Shown: positions 29,892-36,687 of the stretch, piece by piece | Layout of the letters: each line of letters opens with the position of its first letter | Numbering within the stretch: the first letter of the stretch is position 1 | NCBI GenBank assembly: GCA_023247255.1 | Contig: JAHFGV010000002.1 | Location: forward strand, 33,835 to 97,834 | Origin: Candidatus Omnitrophota bacterium | Lineage (GTDB): Bacteria > Omnitrophota > Gorgyraeia > Aquiviventales > Aquiviventaceae | Reading direction: 5' to 3' | Length of the DNA stretch: 64,000 nt | Notes under the pieces: generated by a model | What the model was told of the DNA's origin: nothing | Seen by the model: only the letters and a program-made list of their open reading frames with translations | The model's database searches: none | Program-made: the position numbers and the translations under genes

Positions 29892-30287
29892 ATGGCCTTG
29901 CACTTGAGAAAATCTTCAGCGGAAGCAGTGCCCATTGACATCGCTCCCCTGATTGATGTTGTTTTTCAATTGCTTTTGTTTTTCATGCTCACCTCCAGCT
30001 TTGTCCTGCATCCTGGAATCCGCGTGGCCCTGCCAAAAGCGACGACAGGCCGGAGTGTGACGTCTTCCACAGTCATCCTCACATTGACCAAAGATCATCT
30101 CATTTATTGGAATGATGAGTTGGTGACGCTTCAAGAATTGCGTCGTAACCTGAAGGAAACTAACGGGCAGCAGTCGATCTTAATTCGTTGTGATCGGCAT
30201 GCCTACGTCGATAAGCTCATTGCCCTTTGGGATCTTTGCCGTGAGGTAGGTGCCACGGAAGTCCATATCGCGACACTGTCTGAGTAA
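29892..30287 (+). CDS. ExbD/TolR biopolymer transport protein
   Basis: N-terminal IDIAPLIDVVFQLLLFFM TM helix and ExbD fold. Confidence 0.8.
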   Translation: MALHLRKSSAEAVPIDIAPLIDVVFQLLLFFMLTSSFVLHPGIRVALPKATTGRSVTSSTVILTLTKDHLIYWNDELVTLQELRRNLKETNGQQSILIRCDRHAYVDKLIALWDLCREVGATEVHIATLSE

Positions 30288-30321
30288 CATCTGTACACCT
30301 TGACTCTGACACGGTACACTA

Positions 30322-30410
30322 GTGCCGTCTACATCGAACTGACGGATAGTCCGCTGCAATTCATAGCCGACTTTAGTATCGGCGACCCGTCATTTCAATC
30401 TGGATGGAGC
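30322..30410. repeat. ~90-bp repeat shared with 57370-57541
   Basis: gtgc.gtctacatcgaac..ggatagtccgctgcaattcat and agtatcggc.acccgtcatttcaatctgg.tggag blocks are conserved. Both copies sit just downstream of a gene end. Confidence 0.55.
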
Positions 30411-30456
30411 ACTAGCCGGGGGCTCGAAGTGCCTACGGCCAATTAAGGAGGTTTCT

Positions 30457-30657
30457 ATGATTACGGAAATTGGGATTGTGGCAGGAGAGATCTGGCATTA
30501 TCTGGATGAGCATGGAGAGGTGCTGTTCTCCCGTCTGATGGCTGGCATTGAGCGTCCTAAGGAATTGGCCTTGATGAGCCTGGGCTGGCTGGCACGTGAG
30601 GGGCATGTCATCGTTCGCCAAGAAGGCCAGGATTTCCAGGTCGTTCTGCGTCGGTGA
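30457..30657 (+). CDS. hypothetical small protein, probable winged-helix fold
   Basis: Strong RBS aaggagg and compact 66-aa ORF. Confidence 0.5.
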   Translation: MITEIGIVAGEIWHYLDEHGEVLFSRLMAGIERPKELALMSLGWLAREGHVIVRQEGQDFQVVLRR

Positions 30658-30669
30658 AGCTAAGGCAAG

Positions 30670-31014
30670 ATGCACCGATTGGGGAATGCGAAACGGTTTG
30701 TCGTGGTGATGGTTAGCTGTCCTACACTGCTGGTGGCCCGTCGGATAACCAGGCATATTCTCGATCGTCGTTTAGCTGCTTGCGTCAATATCATTCCTGG
30801 GATCGAGTCGAATTTCTGGTGGCAAGGGAAGATCGACCGCTGTCGGGAGCACTTATTGATCATCAAAACTGCAGATAGTCACTTCCAAAAGCTCAAGCAG
30901 GCCATCATTGCCATTCATCCCTATGAAGTACCTGAGGTCCTCGCACTTTCCCTAGCAAGCGGCCATACCCCTTATCTGGAGTGGGTTCTCCAAAACCTCA
31001 TCTCCAGGCCATAA
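30670..31014 (+). CDS. cutA: divalent-cation tolerance protein CutA
   Basis: AACVNIIPGIESNFWWQGKI and HPYEVPE motifs. Confidence 0.8.
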   Translation: MHRLGNAKRFVVVMVSCPTLLVARRITRHILDRRLAACVNIIPGIESNFWWQGKIDRCREHLLIIKTADSHFQKLKQAIIAIHPYEVPEVLALSLASGHTPYLEWVLQNLISRP

Positions 31015-31089
31015 TTCAGGGCTCCACTTGACACAATTAAAATGGCTCAGGCATACTTTATGTAGTTGATATTTAAATATTTACTTACG

Positions 31090-31225
31090 CTTTACATGGT
31101 ACTGGCGAAAGGGCAAATCCACCGTGAGGTGGAGACCCCCGAGAAATTAGCTTCGGGGCCGCGGGTCTGAAATCAGGACAAGACGCGGGCAAAGCTACGG
31201 GTCTCACGAGACTGCCGAGCTGCCG
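31090..31225 (+). ncRNA. candidate c-di-GMP-I (GEMM) riboswitch aptamer
   Basis: GCGAAAGGGCAAATCC plus hairpin CCACC-GTGA-GGTGG (GNRA loop) plus GAC aligns to the Vc2 GEMM 5' half CGCACAGGGCAAACC-AUUCGAAAGAGUGG-GAC. Downstream GACGCGGGCAAAGCTACGGGTC resembles the P3 consensus. Confidence 0.35.
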
Positions 31226-31257
31226 ACCAGAAAAACGGCGCCGATGGAGAATGAGAC

Positions 31258-31287
31258 CGCCGAGCTACCGAACCAGTGGTGAAGGTT
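31258..31287 (+). terminator. intrinsic terminator (possible riboswitch expression platform)
   Basis: ccgaacc-agtggtgaa-ggttcgg 7-bp stem followed by TTTTTTT, 48 nt before the pilX-like ATG. Confidence 0.6.
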
Positions 31288-31335
31288 CGGTTTTTTTATT
31301 TACTATCACCTGTCATTTATCTGAGACCTAACAAG

Positions 31336-31710
31336 ATGGCTTCTGAAATGGTTTCTCACAGATCCCTTCTTCTCTCAGAACGTGGAGCTATCCTCGGATT
31401 AGTGACCGTCATGGCGCTTGCTTGTGCCATTGCGTCCTACACGGTTTTGATGATGGCTGGAAGCGATGTCCGGCAGGGTGGATTCTACGAAGGGCGCACG
31501 GAATCCCGCTATGCTGCGGAAGCAGGTCTGATATGGGCCATGCAGCAGTTGTGGGTGGATCCGTATTGGCAGTCGGCCGCCGGCACTACCGACGTCACAG
31601 TCGATGTCAACGGCAGGCCGGTGAACGTAGACATTATCATGCCCAGTTGTGGGGTGGTAGCGCCGACTCCATGTCCTCCCCGCAGTCTCCAAGCCAAGGT
31701 GGTGTACTAA
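31336..31710 (+). CDS. type IV pilus assembly protein PilX-like (PilX_N domain)
   Basis: SERGAILGLVTVMALACAIASYTVLMMA...AAEAGL matches the PilX N-terminal family. ORF-track start 31276 lies inside the terminator hairpin and is rejected. Confidence 0.7.
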   Translation: MASEMVSHRSLLLSERGAILGLVTVMALACAIASYTVLMMAGSDVRQGGFYEGRTESRYAAEAGLIWAMQQLWVDPYWQSAAGTTDVTVDVNGRPVNVDIIMPSCGVVAPTPCPPRSLQAKVVY

Positions 31711-31712
31711 TA

Positions 31713-31766
31713 CAATACAAACGAATTATCTAACGCGACAGTGCCAGAGGATAATTCGTTTGTATA
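31713..31766. repeat. 54-bp hairpin element atacaaacgaattatctaacgcgac.gtgccagaggataattcgtttgtat
   Basis: 16-bp stem atacaaacgaattatc/gataattcgtttgtat. Second copy at 49147-49199; related hairpin at 1131-1190. Confidence 0.6.
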
Positions 31767-31773
31767 CTAAAAG

Positions 31774-32328
31774 ATGCATTCTGCGAGCGTTTATTCTAAG
31801 ACAGTTATGCGCTCAAGGCTCAAGGCTCAAGGCTCAAGGCTATTTCCTACAGCCTACAGCCTACAGCCTACAGCCAATAGGGATTTTAAAGCATACCCTT
31901 GTGAATCTCGATGGATTTCATTCGTTTCTCAATATGGCTATACGTTTATGGAGGTTTTAACCACTGTCGTCATTCTCTCGGTTTTAATGATGATGGGCCT
32001 GCCTCAGTATCGCAAGGTGATCGAGCGCGGCTACTGGGACAGCGCCCGCGACGTTCTTTTAGCGATTTACGCAGGTGAGCAAACTTATGTGACGGTGAAT
32101 GGCACGTACAAAGGCGGCTTGGGAACGGCAAGCAGCATGACTGACTGGAGGGCAATCTATGTGGACAAACCGGCCGCTGCAGGGGAGCCTGTGGAATACA
32201 GTGTCACCGCGGCGGGACCTCCACCGACATTCACCGCAACGGCCAAGCGTATCGGTGGATCGTTTGACAGCAAGACAATAACGATCGATCAAGACAAGGC
32301 ATGGGGCGGAACATGGGCCAGGCCATGA
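31774..32328 (+). CDS. type IV pilin-like protein (minor pilin)
   Basis: Prepilin cleavage motif G|YTFMEVL with Glu at +5 and a hydrophobic helix. N-terminal extent uncertain; in-frame ATGs at 31774 and 31807 lie upstream of heptamer arrays. Confidence 0.6.
   Translation: MHSASVYSKTVMRSRLKAQGSRLFPTAYSLQPTANRDFKAYPCESRWISFVSQYGYTFMEVLTTVVILSVLMMMGLPQYRKVIERGYWDSARDVLLAIYAGEQTYVTVNGTYKGGLGTASSMTDWRAIYVDKPAAAGEPVEYSVTAAGPPPTFTATAKRIGGSFDSKTITIDQDKAWGGTWARP
31814..31876. repeat. two adjacent heptanucleotide arrays, (caaggct)x4 and (acagcct)x4
   Basis: 31814-31841 and 31849-31876. The core pentamers aggct/agcct are reverse complements, so the arrays can pair as an imperfect hairpin. Confidence 0.75.
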
Positions 32329-32873
32329 GGGGGTACCCGTGGTGTCTATCGTCGATTTTCGATTTTCGATTGTCGATTGAAAGCCATAGCGTTATCGATC
32401 GACGATCCACAATCCACAATCGACAATTCCATAGAGGTATCCGTGGTTTCACCATGATCGAGGTTCTCATCGCCTCAGTCATTGCTTCCATAGTCATCGG
32501 GGGAACGATGACAGCCTTTGTGACGGCAAGCCGGATGACGCGTCAGCAAAGCGGACCGGCCAATTCCGATGCCGCTTTGTATGTCCAGCAGCTTTTGGAG
32601 GCGATTCGCAATCACGTGGCTGCCGACTCGACATGGTTCAGCACAAGGGTCGGGCCGGTTCCCGCTACGTGGGCGGCTTGGCGAAACGATGATCCCCCAT
32701 TGTCGGCGTCCTGTCCCTCGGCATCTATCGTTTGCCGGACAGATGTGAACAATGGGCGGAAATATTTTATCACCTATGTCGACGACACCTGTGATGATGA
32801 CGGCGATACCAGTGATTGTTACTACGCCGTGACCGTGAGGGTCTGTTGGGATGAGCCGGCCTCGTCATGCTAA
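32301..32873 (+). CDS. type IV pilin-like protein (minor pilin, PilV/FimT-like)
   Basis: G|FTMIEVLIASV class III signal motif (Gly -1, Phe +1, Glu +5). No canonical start near the motif; the ORF reads through palindromic element 32345-32430. Confidence 0.6.
   Translation: MGRNMGQAMRGYPWCLSSIFDFRLSIESHSVIDRRSTIHNRQFHRGIRGFTMIEVLIASVIASIVIGGTMTAFVTASRMTRQQSGPANSDAALYVQQLLEAIRNHVAADSTWFSTRVGPVPATWAAWRNDDPPLSASCPSASIVCRTDVNNGRKYFITYVDDTCDDDGDTSDCYYAVTVRVCWDEPASSC
32345..32430. repeat. palindromic TCGATTGTCGATT-family element inside the pilin leader ORF
   Basis: cgattttcgattttcgattgtcgattgaaagccatagcg...cgacgatccacaatccacaatcgacaattcc. Confidence 0.7.
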
Positions 32874-33606
32874 ACAAGCGTATCCTTTTCGATTGTCGAT
32901 TGTCGATTTTCGATTGAAAGCCATAGCATTGCCAATCGACGATCCACAATCGACGATCGACGATTCCATTGTAGGTATGACTCTGATTGAGGTTATGGTC
33001 TCCCTGACGCTGGCGATGATCGTTCTGCTTGCGGTAACCAGCATCGATGTGACGCGGGTGCGGATTCACGAAGAGCTTCGTGATCGCTCAGGAATTGCAA
33101 CGCCGGAGCATGGGGAGGCTTCCTTGGCTGCTCTCTCTATAGAAAAAGACATCGAGCAGGCCGATCGGATCAATATCATTGCGGATGGCATTCAAGTGCG
33201 GATTCCCGATATGACGATCGCAGGATGTACGGGGACTGTTCCTGATGCCAGTTGCTTTGATGCTGCGGCCAACTACCGCTGGGACCAATACCGGCTTGAC
33301 GCTGACCAGCTGCTTTATTACCGCGGCACCCAAGTGGCCTGCCCCACTCCCACAGTGCTGGCTGAACAGATTGCGGATTTATCGTTTCAGTACGTGAATG
33401 AAGCCCCCGCTCCTCCTGGAGGCGATCCGGCAAACCAAGACAACAACCTGCTTGCCTACACGGTGAAATGGGATAACGCAGATGGGCTAAGCCATGAATT
33501 TCAGGGGGTGGTCAGTCTCAGAGCCTCTGCCTACACGGATGTTTCGACAGGGCTTCAGGCTCCCAATGGAACAGACATCAGTCCACCGCCTACGGTATGT
33601 TCGTAG
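32851..33606 (+). CDS. type IV pilin-like protein (minor pilin, PilW-like size)
   Basis: G|MTLIEVMVSLTLAMIVLL motif. The ORF reads through palindromic element 32886-32967. Confidence 0.6.
   Translation: MSRPRHAKQAYPFRLSIVDFRLKAIALPIDDPQSTIDDSIVGMTLIEVMVSLTLAMIVLLAVTSIDVTRVRIHEELRDRSGIATPEHGEASLAALSIEKDIEQADRINIIADGIQVRIPDMTIAGCTGTVPDASCFDAAANYRWDQYRLDADQLLYYRGTQVACPTPTVLAEQIADLSFQYVNEAPAPPGGDPANQDNNLLAYTVKWDNADGLSHEFQGVVSLRASAYTDVSTGLQAPNGTDISPPPTVCS
32886..32967. repeat. palindromic TCGATTGTCGATT-family element
   Basis: cgattgtcgattgtcgattttcgattgaaagccatagc...caatcgacgatccacaatcgacgatcgacgattcc. Confidence 0.7.
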
Positions 33607-33998
33607 AAAAGTTAGGAACTCGTGATTAGTGGCTAAAGAGAAAAGTAGCTAAGTGGGGATTCAAGAAGAAGAGGTGAGCGATGAACGGATTTCCGCAAGG
33701 CGAAGATTTATCGTTTGGCGAAGAAGGCAAACATCTCTTGGATGAGGTTGGCTCTGACACGTTCGATCTTAGCTTCAACCTGGGTGAGCCGTTTCTCAAA
33801 CTCCTTTTTTCTTCCACGCGAAGAGGATAATGCTCAGCACCAAGCAGCCGATGCCGAGCGCGACAAAGCCATCCTGCACTATTGGGAGATGATAAGGTTC
33901 TGACGAGGGAAATCGAGATGGACACTGACGTGTTTGAGGAAATTCAGTCCCAAGAGACCGCGCACTGGACTTTGGGATGGGAGATCGTGAGCGACGAT

Positions 33999-34319
33999 CT
34001 ACAAGTGGGGGATTCGGATGCCGAGCGCTTGCACGCTCCGGAGCGTCACGATGGGTTTGAACTCTACACTTCCCGCAGCGATGAACTCTACCCGCGCTTT
34101 CGATGCAGCCGGATCGTAGCCGATAGCTCGCAGGGTGTGAATGGGTGCCATCGTGTAGGTGGCACCTGTATCCAGAGCCATGCGGACAAACTGACGGCCA
34201 TTGGGTCCTTCAAGAAGGACATCCACAGGAATGATTGGCTTGGCAGGATCCAGTGGGAAGGAAGAAGGGCTAGAAGGCAGCGGCATATCCCTGCGGGAGG
34301 GTGTCGCTTCCATAGACAA
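33999..34319 (-). CDS. retropepsin-like (clan AA) aspartic protease domain protein
   Basis: FVRMALDTGATYTMAP contains the D-T/S-G-A active-site motif preceded by a hydrophobic beta-strand; 106 aa. Confidence 0.5.
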   Translation of the reverse strand: MSMEATPSRRDMPLPSSPSSFPLDPAKPIIPVDVLLEGPNGRQFVRMALDTGATYTMAPIHTLRAIGYDPAASKARVEFIAAGSVEFKPIVTLRSVQALGIRIPHL

Positions 34320-34524
34320 GATAAATCAAACCCTTCCGATGAGTCACTTCTTGCTCAAGTGTATCCCGCAGCTTGGAGTGGGCGAGAAGCCGCCCGGTCA
34401 GAGGCGTGGTGGTTTGGGGATCAAACTGATCCACTTGAACGAGTAGCCACTCATCAGAGAATCTGCGACGTAACTTTTGGATGGGTTGACTCTGTTGACG
34501 TTTCATTAAAAATCTGCGCCGCAT
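34270..34524 (-). CDS. hypothetical small protein overlapping the protease gene by 50 nt (+1 frame)
   Basis: ORF only. Its 5' end overlaps the duplicated upstream block of fibre gene 1. No recognisable motif. Confidence 0.2.
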   Translation of the reverse strand: MRRRFLMKRQQSQPIQKLRRRFSDEWLLVQVDQFDPQTTTPLTGRLLAHSKLRDTLEQEVTHRKGLIYLVYGSDTLPQGYAAAF

Positions 34525-34525
34525 A

Positions 34526-34543
34526 CCCCGCCCATGGGTGGGG
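34526..34543. promoter_or_regulatory. near-perfect 18-bp palindrome ccccgcccatgggtgggg upstream of fibre gene 1 (candidate operator)
   Basis: Sits 48 nt before the ATG. A perfect copy ccccgcccatgggcgggg lies at 36623-36640 upstream of fibre gene 2. Confidence 0.45.
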
Positions 34544-34590
34544 AGGAGGCGCAGCCTTTTGATGCCAGCAGTATAACACGAGGTGAGGTT

Positions 34591-36198
34591 ATGTTCAATA
34601 CAGGTGTAAGCTTTCCCCGTCGGCGAGCAACCCGCACTGGTTTGCGAGTCACAAGCGACGAGCGACGAGCAACGATACGTGGGGTTTTTGTAACCATTCT
34701 ATATTTCTGTGGTGTGTTCCTCAGCCTTGCGCCTGCGACGGGGGCGGAAGACGTCACGGTGACGACCTACTACCCCTCTCCGCGCGGAGTCTACGATGAG
34801 CTGCGCACAACCGGCGATGTGAGAATTGGGACGACTTCTGCTCCTGCGGCACGGTTGCACGTGGTCCAGACAAACGCACAAAACGCCTTTCGGGTCGATG
34901 ATGCGAATCCAGATACGACCCCATTCGTCATCGATCAGAATGGCAATGTCGGGATCAAGACGGCAAGCCCTCTGGCTGATCTCCATGTACGAGATGACGC
35001 CGATATAGTAAATCTTCGTGTCACATCGGACAATGAGCGAGCCGGAATTTCTTTATTGTCAGACAATACCGGTGAAGTATTAATCTATACCGAAGACGGA
35101 TCAGATGATTTGCGCTTTCAGGTTGGTGGTACAGATCGTATGACTATTGAAAGTGCCGCTGCTGAGACAAGCATTACGGGTGAGCTAGGGATAGGGACGG
35201 CGAATCCAGAGAGTCCCTTACACATTGTCACTCCAGCTGGGTCCGGTATAAATGAAGTACGTCTTGAAGAGACAGGTGGATCTACCCTGAGTCTGAGCGC
35301 TGGAGGTGGAGTGACCAGGATTGCCTCTAGCGATAATCTACAGATAGAAGCTCCAGGAGGAACCACTCGTATGATCGTGTTGGGCACAGGCAATGTTGGT
35401 ATAGGCGCAGGGAACCCATTGTCCCGTCTCAGCGTAGGAGCTGATGGGTTCGCGGCAACGGCTATTTATGGAGAAAGTGGAGGAGCAGGATCGGGTGTGG
35501 CTGGAAAGGGGGGTGGAAGGGGAGTGGAAGGATGGGCGAGCCTAGGAGCGGGAGCTGTTGCGGGCGTAGCTGGTACTACCATCGATCCAGCGACAATTCC
35601 TGGGGGAGAAATTCCGAATGGTGCGGGTGTATTTGGTTATGGACATACCTATGGAATCCGGGCCGTAGCGACGGACGCCGGGGGCACAGGGGTTTATGGA
35701 AAAGGGCCGGCTTGGGCAGGGGATTTTATAGGCGATGTGCGTGTATCCGATGACCTCTTTGTTGGTAATGATGTAGATGTTCAGGGGGATATTTCGGTAA
35801 CGGGGAACATCACAGGCGATGTTTCAGAACATGTGGATTGTTCAGGGTGTGAAGCGACCGATGTGGTGGTGATCGATCCTGACCACGACCAGCGCCTGCG
35901 CCCATCCAGCAAGGCCTATGACTCGACGGTGGCCGGCGTGATTTCAGAGAAACCGTCTCTAAAGATCGGCGGCAGCCAATCCGAGATCGCCAAGCCCTTG
36001 GCGCTTGCCGGGCTGGTTCGTGTGAAAGCGACGACGGAAAACGGGCCGATTCATCGGGGGGATCTACTCGTGACTTCATCAAAGCCTGGGCATGCCATGC
36101 GGGCCGATCCTGATGCGATCAAACCAGGGATGCTGCTGGGCAAGGCGCTGGAGCCTCTTTCCGAAGGCGATGGGGCGATAGTGATCTTGGTGGAATGA
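34591..36198 (+). CDS. secreted fibre-like repeat protein, paralog 1 (tail-fibre-like NGNVGIGT repeats, Gly-rich core, conserved C-terminal module)
   Basis: Strong RBS gaggtgagg. Signal-anchor VFVTILYFCGVFLSLAPATGA. Repeats of the type L.VV.....AFRVDD..PDTTPFVIDQNGNVGI. C-terminal 115 aa are ~85% identical to paralog 2. Confidence 0.75.
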   Translation: MFNTGVSFPRRRATRTGLRVTSDERRATIRGVFVTILYFCGVFLSLAPATGAEDVTVTTYYPSPRGVYDELRTTGDVRIGTTSAPAARLHVVQTNAQNAFRVDDANPDTTPFVIDQNGNVGIKTASPLADLHVRDDADIVNLRVTSDNERAGISLLSDNTGEVLIYTEDGSDDLRFQVGGTDRMTIESAAAETSITGELGIGTANPESPLHIVTPAGSGINEVRLEETGGSTLSLSAGGGVTRIASSDNLQIEAPGGTTRMIVLGTGNVGIGAGNPLSRLSVGADGFAATAIYGESGGAGSGVAGKGGGRGVEGWASLGAGAVAGVAGTTIDPATIPGGEIPNGAGVFGYGHTYGIRAVATDAGGTGVYGKGPAWAGDFIGDVRVSDDLFVGNDVDVQGDISVTGNITGDVSEHVDCSGCEATDVVVIDPDHDQRLRPSSKAYDSTVAGVISEKPSLKIGGSQSEIAKPLALAGLVRVKATTENGPIHRGDLLVTSSKPGHAMRADPDAIKPGMLLGKALEPLSEGDGAIVILVE

Positions 36199-36256
36199 TG
36201 CCCAGAACTAAGACCGTAGCACAGAAAGCCCAGGGATGTTTGCGAAGTCGATCCGA

Positions 36257-36604
36257 TCATAAGGTTAAGAGGGCTGCTCCTGATTCAATGGCGGTGGCGG
36301 CAATAAGGGCATCCGGGATCTTGCGGCGTTGTCGGCTATACCGTGAGACAAACAGCTCTGCGGCACGATCGATAATCGGTTGGGAGAGTCCAATGGGTTT
36401 TAGGGCTTCCAACAAGGTGTGCGCTCGCTGATGGTGGGCTACTTCTGGGGTGGCAAGCAGTTCGAAACGCGTGATCAGGCTGTAACCGATTACTGTACTT
36501 GCGTCCATCGATTCCAACAGCTGCTTCGCCTCTTGGCCCCTCGGGGTTGCTTCCAACAGGTCGATCAGCACATTGGTATCGAGGACGATGAGATTCGCTA
36601 CCAC
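36257..36604 (-). CDS. PIN-domain (VapC-like) ribonuclease, solitary
   Basis: LIVLDTNVLIDLLE N-terminal PIN motif with conserved Asp residues; GTG start at 36604. The alternative ATG at 36676 overlaps the fibre gene 2 upstream block. No upstream antitoxin ORF is possible on this strand. Confidence 0.65.
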   Translation of the reverse strand: MVANLIVLDTNVLIDLLEATPRGQEAKQLLESMDASTVIGYSLITRFELLATPEVAHHQRAHTLLEALKPIGLSQPIIDRAAELFVSRYSRQRRKIPDALIAATAIESGAALLTL

Positions 36605-36622
36605 AAAAATCTGCGCCGCATA

Positions 36623-36640
36623 CCCCGCCCATGGGCGGGG
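36623..36640. promoter_or_regulatory. perfect 18-bp palindrome ccccgcccatgggcgggg upstream of fibre gene 2
   Basis: Sits 48 nt before the ATG at 36688, inside the duplicated ~340-bp block 36606-36950 (copy of 34508-34850). Confidence 0.45.
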
Positions 36641-36687
36641 AGGAGGCGCAGCCTTTTGATGCCAGCAGTATAACACGAGGTGAGGTT

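Noticed and set aside
31276-31335. PilX-like gene start at 31276.
   Set aside because: The first 20 codons would be the terminator hairpin and T-tract (gtggtgaaggttcggttttttta). The start at 31336 gives a normal hydrophobic PilX_N segment.
33882-34562. 226-aa plus-strand ORF in the ORF track.
   Set aside because: It is antisense to the retropepsin-like gene, which has a real DTGA motif. It has no motifs or RBS and is typical high-GC antisense noise.
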